Under the pieces are notes generated by a model. It did no database searches, had not been told where the DNA came from, and was given only the letters and a program-made list of their open reading frames with translations. From Antechinus flavipes (Eukaryota), in NCBI RefSeq assembly GCF_016432865.1, contig NC_067401.1:451732001-451796000 (forward strand): 64,000 nucleotides of DNA, written 5' to 3'. Positions 54,101-64,000 of this stretch are shown piece by piece (position 1 is the first letter of the stretch; every line of letters begins with the position of its first letter). The position numbers were made by a program, and so were the translations under genes.

Positions 54101-57100
54101 TGCTATTAAAAAGCAAAGGAAAAAAGTCCTCGCAACAGGCTCAGTCCCTGAAGGGCCCCTGGGCAGGCTCACAGACACAGAGAAGGGGGGTGGGGGGAGT
54201 GGGGGGGGTGGGTTCTGGCCCCCAGTAGCTTTCCTCCTCCCCAAATGGGAGGGGCTGCTCCCCGGGGCCTGCACGGTCTGGGGGTGGGGTGGGGGAGGGG
54301 CTGCTGCATGGCCTGGGGGGGTGGGGGGGCTGCTCCCTGGGGCCTGCACGGTCTGGGGGGGTGGGGTGGGGGGGCTGCTGCACGGTCTGGGGGGGGAGGC
54401 TGCTCCCCGGGGCCTGCACGGCCTGGGGCAGGGGACAGCTTTCTGAAGATGAGGAGGGACAGAAGTCAGCCAGACTCCCGTCAGAAAGCGCGCCTGAAGA
54501 GCAAACATTCCCAACGAGGACGGCAGGGGAGCACTTCAGGGAGGAGCCTCGGGGGGAGGACTCGGTCAATGAGGCCGGCTCCCGGGAGTCCCCTCGCCGC
54601 CATGGCGGAGCAGAGCCGGGCCCGGCGCCCTCCTTACCGGAGGCCTGGTCTTGTCGAACGCCCCCATGGCGATCTTGAAGCCGGAGCCTTCCCCGACCAG
54701 GACGTTCTCCTTGGGCACGACCACGTCCTCGAAGACGATGCCCCTGGTGTCCGAGCAGCGCTGGCCCATGTTGATCTCCTGCGGAGGAGGGGGCCCGGGG
54801 GCCTGCTTCCTCACCCGCACCGCGACCTCGGGGGCGGGGGCTCCCGGGGCAGAGGTCAGCCGCGGAGGGGCCGAGCTGCGCAGACCCCCACGTGGGGGGC
54901 GGCGCCAAGACGGCGTCCTCGCCAAAGAGCCAGCGGCGCCTCCCTTCCACTGAGGGGGTCCTGGCCCAGGCTGGGGGCTTTCTCACTGAGGAGAAGCAAA
55001 GGGGGGGCGCCCCCCCAAACACCGGGGACACGTGGAGGAGGGGCTCGGGCGGGGGCTCACCTTCCTCCCGACCTGGATCCCCGGGGTGTCGGCTTCCACG
55101 ATGAAGCCCGTGAAGGCTTTGCTGGCCGGAGCCTGGGGGTTGGGGTCGGTGCGAGCCAGGAGGAAGTACCTGGAAGACACGAGGGGCCCTTCAGCTCCTC
55201 CCCCCAGTCCCGCGGCGGGCGCCCATCCCCCGGGAGTGAGCCCGCGCCCGAGAGCGCCCCCTGCAGGGCGTGGGGGCAGGGCCGGGGGCACCCACCAGTT
55301 GGCTTTCCCCCCGTTGGTTATCCACATCTTCTGCCCGTTGATGACGTACTCGTTGCCCTTCCTCTCGGCCCTGGTCTGCAGACCCGCCACGTCGGAGCCC
55401 GCCCCGGGCTCGGTCACGCAGTAAGCCTTGAGAAGGAGCGCAGGGACCCCTGAGCGCAGGGGCTGGCGGGGCCTCGGAGCCCCCTTACAGGAGCCTCTTT
55501 ACTGAATCAGAGCCTTTTGCTCCGACGGCAGCGCCCGCCTCCCGCGCACCCCCCGGCGCCCGCCAGGCCCTGAAGGAGCGTGAGACCGCCGGCTCTCCCT
55601 GTGCGGGGGCTTTCGCTCTGTGGCGGCTGCACGCATGTCGTGGAGGTGCCGCAGTCGGGGGGGTCCTCCCAGGGACCCCGGGACCCCCTCCCTCTGCAGG
55701 CCTGACCACTGGGGCTCTCTCCTTCCTGGGGCTCTAGGGCAAGCGCCGAGGCTGCTGCTGCCGCTGGCCAGGCAGGAGGGGCGGCTGGTCCAAGCAGGCG
55801 CCTTCTTCCTCCTTACTCACTGCCCTGGGGAACAGCCCCTTCCTGGCCCCAGGCCCCGGTTCCCTTCCCCCCCAGGACCCGGTTCCCATCCCCCCCCAGG
55901 CCCCGGTTCCCACCCCCCCCCAGGCCCCGGTTCCCATCCCCCGTTCCCTTCCCATCCCCCCCCTGTTCTCTTCCCCCCACCCGCCTCGGTTCCCATCCCC
56001 CCCCCCTTCCCTTCCCATCCCCCCCCAAGCCCCGGTTCCCTTCGCACTCTGCTTGGACAAACATTCACGAGAGACGGGCAAACAGTGCCGGGCCCCGGCC
56101 TGCAGCCGGCCCAGACCAGGCGCTCGGGGCTCCCAAGGGCTGCCTCGCGCAGGGAGGGGACGAATGTGACCCTCCACGAAAGGCACCGGGGAAGGGGGAG
56201 TGGGGGGGGGGCGTAGGAAGAGGGGCCCAGGCCGGGGGTCTCCGAGGCGCCCCCAGAGTTTGCCGATGACCCCGTCCCCATCCCCGCCCTCATCCCCCAC
56301 GTGCCGGGCAGTGATGATGGGAGGAAGGGCCCCCCACCGCCTCCGACCCCCTCTCTGACCAGACTCTGGGCCTCCCGGGAGGGCAGCAGGGTCCGATTCC
56401 CCCCGACCCCTCCCATCCCTGTGAGGGGGGAACTCTCTGAGCCCCTTGGGGACAGCCAGAGACCCAGAGAACCGGGGCACGGGGGCTCCCTGCCCAGCAG
56501 CCCCTCCCCCGCCCGCGCCCGCCCGCTGAAACACGCAGGGAGAAGCCGCCTCCGAGCCCGGACCAGCCCCGGCATCTCCTGGGGGCCGTAAGGGCGCCTT
56601 TCTCCCCCACCCTGTACAAGGACAGAACGGGGCGGGCCCCTCATCTCCCCCTCCCGGGACAACCGGGCGAGAACCCCGGAGGGGCAGAGACGGGGCCGGG
56701 CTGGGTCGGCCATGTTGCCGCGCTGGGAGCCTTGCACGTCTGGGTGCCCTGGCCCCCCCCCAAGGGAGCCCCCGCCGGCCTCGTCTCAGCAGGTTGGGGG
56801 GGGGGGCCCGATGAGGAAACGCCCTGTGCCAGACCCGCCGCCATACTCACGCACATCAAGGGCTGCTCCGTCATCCTCCCGAGGTACTTCTTCTGCTGCT
56901 GGGCGTTCCCGGCGAGGATGACGGGCATTTGCTGCGGGGGAAGCGGCCATGTCAGGGGGCGGCCCTGAGACCCGAGGGGGCCCTTGGTTGGGGACTCCGG
57001 ACTCGGGGAACCTGAGCGGGGCCGGAGGGGAGGCCGGCAGGGGCCCACCGCTCCCCGCCCCGTGCCCACGGCCACCCTCCCCTCTCCCGCCGGGGTGTGC

Positions 57101-60100
57101 GCCTCCTTGGTCCTGCGCCGACCGCGCCCCAGCGGGCAGAGCCGCTGGCCAGGCCGCAGGGACCCCGGGCAGGAGAGCGCCCCCACAGGGGGGAGGCCGC
57201 CCACCCAGGCCCCGCCCAACACGGGACCCGCCCACCACGGGCCCCGCCTACCCAGGCCCCGCCCAACACGGGGCCCTACCCACCACGGGCCCCACCCACC
57301 CGGGCCCCGCCCACCACGGGGCCCTACCCACCACGGGCCCCGCCCACCCGGGCCCGCCCACCACGGGGCCCTACCCACCACGAGCCCCGCCCACCGCGGG
57401 CCACGCCCACCAAGGCCCCGCCCACCAGGGCCCCGCCCACCAAGGCCCGCCCACCACGGGCCCCGCCCCAAGGGGCAGCTCACCCCCAGGGAGTTGGCTT
57501 CGATGGCCGTCTGCACGCCGGTGCACCCGTAGGCCAGCTCCTCCGTGATGAGGCAGGCGTCGAAGATCCCGAGCCCCAGGCCGCCTGTTGGCAAGGGAAG
57601 CAGAGCCGGCTCGGCGGGGGGTTGGGGGGGGGGGCAGGGAGGCTGCGGGGGCCCGGGCTGGGAGGCGACTCCCTCCCTCAGTCCCGCGTCTGCCGCCTTC
57701 CCGGGAGGGGGCGCCTCCGGCTCAGGCTCCCTGCCCCCGCACGCGCCAGCACTTCCTCTGGCACGGGCCACGCCGGGGGAGGGTCTTCCCTTTGGCTGCG
57801 CCCCCACGAGCGGGGAGGGCTCTGAGCGCGGGGTCTGTGCTGCCCGAGGACCCACTGGGATGGGAGGGAGGGGGGGAGGGTTCCACGGAGGAGGGACAGA
57901 AGGGGCAGCCCCCGCCCCACCACTCACCGCAGCTCTCCGGAATGTGGGTGTTGATGAGCCCCAGCTCCCAGGCCCTTTTGATCAGGGGAACGGGGTACTA
58001 AGGGAGAAGAGCCGGGGAGGGGGTGAGAAGGCTGAGCCCCCGGCCCCCCGCCCCCCTACAGCCCCCGGCCCCTCCCCCGGCCCCCGCCCCCCTGGCCCCC
58101 CACCCTCCCCCCCGGCCCCCCGCCCGCACTGACCTCCCCTGTCCTGTCGTACTGCGCCGCCACCGGGATGATCTCTTCTCGGGCGAACTTGCGCGCCGTC
58201 TCCTGGAACTCCTTCTGCTGCTCCGTGAGCTCTGCGGGGGCGGGGAGGGCTCAGACTGGGGGTGCGGGGGCCGCCCCTGCTGCTGGCGCCCAGACTGACC
58301 TGGCTCGGGGAGCCCAGGCTCAGCGAGGGGAGGGCCCCAGCAGGAACCGAGCGGACCCCAGACCATTTCGGTGGCCCCTCTGTCGCTCCCCCAAAGAGCC
58401 GCACCTCCTCTCCTGGCTGGCTCAGGGACCCCGGGGAGAGGGGGGCTCTGCTCGGCCCCTGCACAGACCAGCACTGGCCGCCCCGGCGGCTGCCCAGAGG
58501 CCCCAAGGGAGGGCAGAGGTGTGCGGGGCGGGGAGAGCCTGGCCCCGATGACCCCCGACCCGAGCCGCCCCTTTCCAGAAACTCCCGGCAGTGACTCCTG
58601 GGGGAGCACGGCTTTTGCTACCTCAGGGGGAGGACCACAGCCCGCCCTCCCACTTCGGGAGGCCTCCGTCCACTCTACAGTGGGGGCAGAAAATGGGCCG
58701 GGACTCCGCCGTCCCCGCCCCAGACCGGTCCCCCTGATGGCTCGGACCCTCCGTGAGACTGTCCTGGAGGCAGGGTCTTTGTGCCGCCTCCGTGTCCTCC
58801 CGAGCTTAGCACAGGCCCGGCCCAGAGGGGCTTAATGCCCGCAGGCAGCGGGGCCCAGGGAGGGAAAGACCGCCCCGGCCAGTGTCTCCCAGGAGGCAGA
58901 CGCAGCTCTCCGGGTCCCAGGGAGACGTGGGCAGAAAACCCCCAAACCCTTCCTGCGGGAAAACTGGGAAATGGGCTTCAAGACAAACTTCAGCCCGGTG
59001 CCCCTGGGGAAGTGAGGAGACACACTGACCAGGGAGGACCCGCTGACCAGGGAGGTCCCGCTGACCAGGGAGGACCAGGAAGGACCCGCTGACCAGGGAG
59101 GACCCGCTGACCAGGGAGGACCAGGAAGGACCCGCTGACCAGGGAGGACCCGCTGACCAGGGAGGTCCCGCTGACCAGGGAGGACCAGGGAGGACCCGCT
59201 GAGCAGGGAGGACCCACAGAACACTAGTCTCCCACCCAGACAGAGCAGAGGGGGGCATTTACCGAAGCTAAATCCCAGCGCAGGCTCCCGCTTGGGCTCA
59301 CTCTTGGTGTGCTGCGACCTCCAAAAGCTCCGGGGAAAGCCTTGCAGCGCCTGCCAGAAGAGAGTCCATGGGCAGGCCCCAAGCACGGGCAGAGCACTCT
59401 CGCCCCCGCCCCGCCGCTATCTCTGGGTCCCTCCTCGGGCGCAGCGGTGCCAGGGCTGCTGAATCCTTCCCCAGGCCCGGACTTGGAGCGGAGCCACCCA
59501 GGGAGGAGGCCCCAGCCGCCAGCTCCAGGCTTAGATTACCAGCCCATCCCCTCCCCAGGGCCAAGGTCACCCCAGCCGGTGCTCGCTCGGTCAGCTGGAC
59601 AGCAGCCAGTTTCCCTCGGTGGGGACCCATGAGTGACCTCCGCAAAAAGGAGGCGCCGCGGACGGCGCTGGGACCCGCCCACACCGTTCCTCCAAGCTCT
59701 TCGGGGGGACACTCCTAGCACTCCCGGGGGGACAAAGCCTCCTACTCCCCCCCTGCTTCTGCCTCAGTTTCCCCATCTGTAAAAGGTCTGCACGGATCCC
59801 CAAGGATTCCCCAAGGAACCTCTAGATTTCACTTCCTGCATTTCCTCGGGCCCCCATCTGTCCGGCCCGGGACTGGCAACAGCCTCCATCTCCTTCCAAC
59901 AAGGCTGCCTTGGAGGCACCCCAGTTAAAAGGGGCGGAGAGGGGGAGGGGCAGACAGCGGGCACGGACCCCTCCCTCCCCGGGGCAGGGGCAGACAGCGG
60001 GCACGGACCCCCGTGGGGCAGGGACAGACAGCGGGCAGAGAACCCCGTGGGATAGAGAGGGGGAGGGGCAGACAGCGGGCACGGACCCCTCCCTCCCCGG

Positions 60101-60384
60101 GGCAGGAGCAGACAGCGGGCACAGGCACATTCTCCCTCCCCGGGGCAGGGGCAGACAGCGGGCACGGACCCCCGTGGGGCAGGGACAGACAGCGGGCAGA
60201 GAACCCCGTGGGATAGAGAGGGGGAGGGGCACACAGCGGGCACAGGCACATTCTCCCTCCTCCCCCCCCCCGCGGCGACGTCCGCGCCCATGGGTCCCGG
60301 GTCAGGCCCCCCCACCCTGAGGTCGGCTCCGTCCCCCGCCCGCAGACTCACCCGTGCCCCGCGCCTCAGCACCGTCGCTGCCAT
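51099..60384 (-). CDS. ACADM: Medium-chain acyl-CoA dehydrogenase (MCAD), complete (12 coding exons, 1269 nt, 422 aa)
   Basis: Exon sizes 33/88/98/70/101/81/131/109/141/96/249/72 join in frame to TGA. Arg-rich mitochondrial presequence; motifs [53 protein letters not shown] (catalytic Glu present). Confidence 0.98.
53013..53261 (-). CDS. ACADM: ACADM exon 11 (249 nt)
   Basis: [83 protein letters not shown]. Confidence 0.97.
53526..53621 (-). CDS. ACADM: ACADM exon 10 (96 nt)
   Basis: [32 protein letters not shown]. Confidence 0.97.
54249..54430. repeat. Imperfect G-rich minisatellite in ACADM intron 9
   Basis: Repeated GGGCTGCT(CCCCGGGGCC)TGCACGGTCTGGGGG units. Confidence 0.75.
54638..54778 (-). 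CDS. ACADM: ACADM exon 9 (141 nt)
   Basis: [47 protein letters not shown]. Confidence 0.97.
55061..55169 (-). CDS. ACADM: ACADM exon 8 (109 nt)
   Basis: [36 protein letters not shown]. Confidence 0.97.
55296..55426 (-). CDS. ACADM: ACADM exon 7 (131 nt)
   Basis: [43 protein letters not shown](W). Confidence 0.97.
55851..56040. repeat. About 24-nt C-rich minisatellite in ACADM intron 6
   Basis: AGG(C/A)CCCGGTTCCC units at 55851, 55874, 55898 and 55922, then degenerating. Confidence 0.8.
56851..56931 (-). CDS. ACADM: ACADM exon 6 (81 nt)
   Basis: [27 protein letters not shown]. Confidence 0.97.
57195..57470. repeat. About 16-17-nt minisatellite filling much of ACADM intron 5
   Basis: Many copies of GGCCCCGCCCACCAC/GGCCCTACCCACCAC-like units. 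Confidence 0.85.
57484..57584 (-). CDS. ACADM: ACADM exon 5 (101 nt)
   Basis: [34 protein letters not shown]. Confidence 0.97.
57928..57997 (-). CDS. ACADM: ACADM exon 4 (70 nt)
   Basis: [23 protein letters not shown]. Confidence 0.97.
58134..58231 (-). CDS. ACADM: ACADM exon 3 (98 nt)
   Basis: [33 protein letters not shown]. Confidence 0.97.
59025..59215. repeat. 18-nt minisatellite (9 copies, three 10-nt insertions) in ACADM intron 2
   Basis: G(A/T)CCCGCTGACCAGGGAG units interrupted by GACCAGG(A/G)AG. Confidence 0.9.
59263..59350 (-). CDS. ACADM: ACADM exon 2 (88 nt)
   Basis: [29 protein letters not shown]; donor gtaaat. Confidence 0.93.
59935..60250. repeat. About 40-nt minisatellite with a 160-nt higher-order duplication in ACADM intron 1
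   Basis: CAGACAGCGGGCA core recurs about 8 times; block at 60011 repeats at 60171. Confidence 0.85.
60352..60384 (-). CDS. ACADM: ACADM exon 1 coding part (33 nt)
   Basis: [11 protein letters not shown]|gtgagt. Confidence 0.9.
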
Positions 60385-61300
60385 GTCTTTTTCTTTGTCT
60401 TCTCCTTCTCCTTCTCCTTCCCGGCCGCAGTCCCTCAGTTCAGAACCGGCTCCACTTCCAACCGCCGGGCCGAGACTTTTAGGGCAGAGGCGCCTGGCCC
60501 CGCCCACACGGCGAGAACCCGAAGGCCCTGGGACACGCCTCGTGCGAGGAAGCTTCGCTGAGTCACGACCACCGCGCGATCGGATTGGATGAGGAGAGAC
60601 GGGGTTCCGCCCACTTTGGTCCAGGAGCGAGAGTCCCGCCCCCCAGGGGACAGGATTGGATGGAAGATGACAGAGGCACATCCACTCGGAGTTAGGGGTC
60701 GCCCACCGAGGGAAGAGAGAAACACTTTGCCGCGACCCTCGAGGGCCCCGATTGGACGAGGGAAGGCCGACGCCCTCCCTTCTTGGGCTTGGAACTTGGG
60801 GGAGGGGGGAGGTCCTAGTCTACCCCGGGGTCTGGGGGTGGGAAGCTGGCAAAGAGAAGTTCAGGCGTGGCCACGCAGGGGTCTCCCAGGTGCCCCGGGC
60901 TAGGAAGACGAATGGGAGGAGCCCCCGAAGCGCAGAAGGGTGGAGCGAGGGCGGGAATCTGGGTGAGAGGTCATGGGGTCACGTGGGTCCAGCCTTGGCC
61001 TTGGCCCCCGGGAAGAGGGGCGGGGCGGGGGCCCGAGAGCCGGACTTGAAAGGACACGCACGCCCCGCGGCCTTTAGACCTCTTGATCCTGGTCCTGAAG
61101 GATCGTCTTTTGTAGTTTCCCAGAGGAAAGGGGATCTGGTTTTGAGTCCTTCCATCACCCCCTCCCCACCCCACTCAGGTCTCGTAGACCAGTCGAGGGC
61201 GCGGGAAGACACAGTCGCTGCTGACGTCATGGTCACGTGCCGAGCCGCGATGCCAGGAAAGAGGGAGGTCCGGCCGGTCCAGGGTCGGGGCAGACCCCCG
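60385..61300 (-). promoter_or_regulatory. ACADM promoter region
   Basis: Three GATTGG (CCAAT) boxes near 60585, 60655 and 60750; GC boxes near 61020; AGGTCA-tg-GGGTCA at 60968-60981; GTCACGTG at 60978 and 61232; CRE TGACGTCA at 61222-61229. Confidence 0.7.
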
Positions 61301-62149
61301 GACAAGCTGAGACCCCCCTCCCCCCCCCAACCTGACGTTCTGGGGGGCAGAAGGAGAACGTCCCCGCCGGCCCCAAAGCCGGACCTCCGTACAAGTGCCC
61401 GGGATGCCTCTGACAGAACCCGAGCCCCCAGCCCCTGCGAGCCTCGGAGTGGGAACCTCCGGGGCTCTGGGTTCTGCCTCCTGACGTCCCGACACTGATT
61501 TCCTTCCCCACCCCGAGAAGGGTCAGTGCTGGGTGCCCGGAGCCAAAGCGCCACACTCATCCCTTCCTCTTCCTCTCTCAAGGCGAGCCCATCAGCTTGC
61601 CTCGCACCGGTATCCCCCAAATCCTAGAGATCTCCCAGCTCCCCGAGCCGGCAGGTCCCCGTCCCAGCTCATGTGCTCCCCCCCCCCCGCCCCCTTCCAT
61701 CCTGCGTGTTCGCGCTCAGTCTCAAGCCAGTCACTAACTCGCCGTGGGTCCCCCCCTTTGCGCCGCCTTCGCGTCCGCTCAGCTCCGGGGGCTGGCCGTC
61801 CCGCCCCTCCCTACAGGCCCGGCGTGCAGACCCTTTCCCGGCCTTGCCGGAACGACCCCGAAGTTCGCGGCGCCCCATTCCGGGCTCTGGGAGCGTGGCC
61901 CGCTCTGGCGCGGTGTCCCCGGCTGTGGCGCCCGCTTCTTTTGGAGCTCAGGCCCCAGTAGGGCTGCAAGTCCCGTGTTCATTGCCGGACTCCCTTTCGG
62001 AGCTCCGCCCCCGCCCGCCGCTCCGGGAAAGCCTCTTCTCAGGGTCCGAGCCGGGAAATTCTCCTCAGACACGCCGACCCCGAGCCCACCCGGAGGAATG
62101 GGATGGGGGGCCCGACTCTCGATGGGTTAGAGAGGGAGCAGGGCGCGTG

Positions 62150-63050
62150 TGCGGACGGAATGAGAGGGGCCGGGAAAAGGGGTACAGAAGGGGGTGAGAC
62201 CAGGAATGGGATAAGAGCGAGCGAAAGCGGGGAGGGAGGAGAAAGGGACCCTCAGGAGGGGGTAGGTTAAGTAAACGTGCAAGAGTCGGCAGGGAGAAGA
62301 AATTCCAGCCTGAACGATAAGAGTGGACTTTGTTAGGAAAAAATCGAGGGGGAATGACCGGTGATCTCAGACAAAGTCAAAGCTAAAATAGTTAATAAAA
62401 AATAATCAGGGAAGCCACGAATGCCAGTAGCTTAACACTGCTTTCGACTACTTAGAATAAGGTTGGAATATTGCCAGGAGCTGGGAAACGAGGGGACGGA
62501 TTTAGAAAAATATGGAGACTTAGACTTGGGAGGAGGATGTTAAACACCTTCAGAGCAACGGAGGCCGGACAGCCGTCGTACAAGCTTATGGAGACGCAGG
62601 TGGATGTCTGTGTGTATGACTATGGATGCGTGAGTATGCGCGCGCGCACAGGTACATCTGAGCTTGGGAGGAGGATGTTAAACACCTTCAGAGCAACGGA
62701 GGCAGGACAGCCGTCGTATAAGCTTATGGAGACGCAGGTGGATGTCTGAGTGTATGACTATGGATGTGTGAGTGTGCGCGCGCACAGATACATCTGAGCT
62801 TAGCCTTCGTGAGAGAGGTGGGAGGGAGGAAGGGGGAAATAAAACAGGCATAGGAGAAAACAAAAGAAAACCTAAAAGGAGGCAAAGAAAAATGACCTTT
62901 GTGGAGACTGTCGTGTTTATTAGGTGGCTTCTCTAAAATTTTATTCCATAATTCGGGAGTTCTCGTGTTCCGCTGTGCACGCGGCATTTTTTCTTTTTCT
63001 ATTTGTACTGGAGTTTTAAATAAAGACATTTTAGAAAGAAATAAAGACTA
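62150..63050 (+). mobile_element. L1/HAL1-like marsupial 3' fragment carrying the 138-nt duplication
   Basis: Purine-rich tract ending in GTGTTCCGCTGTGCACG...AAATAAAGACATTTTAGAAAGAAATAAAG. Confidence 0.45.
62525..62800. repeat. 138-nt tandem duplication (2 copies)
   Basis: CTTGGGAGGAGGATGTTAAACACC... starts at 62525 and 62663; copies differ by a few substitutions. Confidence 0.92.
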
Positions 63051-63476
63051 TCTAGCCCATAAACCCTTGGAAAACACTATTTAGTTTGACTCCTGTATTT
63101 TCCAACGAAAACACACCCAGAGAGCTTAGGCAGCTCCAGTCCGACAGCCAGTGCGCAGTAGAGGCAGGCCGGAAGTCTTCCAATCCTGCCCCTTCCCCTC
63201 CCGCCCCATCAGGCCTCCTCTGCGTATCCCTCCCCCTTGCTGTTCTCTCCAGGTATCCGACTCCTTCATCGAATCCCTCTGCTACCCCCCGGATTGGAGT
63301 TATCATTAGTTTAGACTGCAAGCCCCACGAGGGCAGGACGGGCCTTAATTCAGTTTTCTATCAGAGTCCTAAATGTTTTTTTGTTTTCATTTTGAGGAGC
63401 AGCCCTGATTTCATTGCTGTGAAGAACTTGAAGTCAAGCACTTTCCTTGTGGGAGGAACTACTACTTAGGGCTGCC

Positions 63477-63984
63477 GGCTGGCTCCGTGACTCGGGGTGC
63501 CGCCCGGGGCGGCCGGCTGGCTCCGTGACTCAGGGTGCTGCCCGGGGCGGCCGGCTGGCTCCGTGACTCTGGGTGCCGCCCGGGGCGGCCGGCTGGCTCC
63601 GTGACTCTGGGTGCCGCCCGGGGCGGCCGGCTGGCTCCGTGACTCAGGGTGCTGCCCGGGGCGGCCGGCTGGCTCCGTGACTCAGGGTGCTGCCCGGGGC
63701 GGCCGGCAGGCTCAGTGACTCGGAGTGCTGCCTGGGGCGGCCGGCTGGCTCCGTGACTCGGGGTGCCGCCCGGGGCGGCCGGCTGGCTCCGTGACTCGGA
63801 GTGCTGCCTGGGGCGGCCGGCTGGCTCCGTGACTCGGGGTACCGCCCGGGGCGGCCGGCGGGCTCCGTGACTCGGAGTGCTGCCTGGGGCGGCCGGCTGG
63901 CTCCGTGACTCGGGGTACCGCCCGGGGCGGCCGGCGGGCTCCGTGACTCTGGGTGCCGCCCGGGGCGGCCGGCGGGCTCCGTGA
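63477..63984. repeat. 38-nt CpG-rich minisatellite, 13 full copies plus one partial
   Basis: Consensus GGCTGGCTCCGTGACTCGGGGTGCCGCCCGGGGCGGCC with exact period 38. Confidence 0.97.
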
Positions 63985-64000
63985 TCTTCCAGGGCTGTGC

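Noticed and set aside
60385-60681. In-frame upstream ATG at 60681 that would extend ACADM by 99 aa
   Set aside because: It lies among the CCAAT boxes, probably upstream of the TSS, and the extension would bury the mitochondrial presequence; needs TSS data to reconsider.
52500-62200. Many 150-430-aa ORFs across ACADM and its upstream island
   Set aside because: Explained by true ACADM exons read through into introns, antisense shadows, or translation of minisatellites.
63477-63984. CRISPR-like appearance of the regular 38-nt array and other arrays
   Set aside because: Units are contiguous with no unique spacers, there are no cas genes, and the DNA is mammalian.

Overview
Mammalian genomic DNA, almost certainly marsupial: it carries a MAR1-type SINE, an RTE relic and marsupial-style L1 3' ends, and is probably dasyurid. 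It covers the conserved ACADM-RABGGTB-MSH4 block, with all three genes on the minus strand. I reconstructed the genes by hand from splice sites and reading frame. ACADM is complete (12 coding exons, 51099-60384, 422 aa). RABGGTB is complete (9 coding exons, 43907-48651, 331 aa, one GC-AG intron) and hosts two U45/SNORD45 box C/D snoRNAs. MSH4 exons 1-14 span 3484-41484, and exons 15 onward lie beyond the left edge. MSH4 introns hold L1, L2, MIR, RTE and several solo-LTR-like relics plus two N gaps. The right third is extremely GC-rich and full of minisatellites. Highlights: (1) a frame-preserving 15 x 30-nt coding minisatellite adds 150 Ser/Pro/Gly-rich residues with eight SSSP motifs to the MSH4 N-terminus; (2) an orphan 199-aa ORF with a signal-peptide-like start sits behind a strong branch point and acceptor in MSH4 intron 10; (3) one U45 copy has an eroded 18S-A159 guide; (4) ACADM is very compact and GC-saturated, and GC3 falls from about 90% to 17% across one RABGGTB intron. 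Most long ORFs in the supplied track are GC-rich or antisense shadows. Comparisons with human are recalled, not computed.
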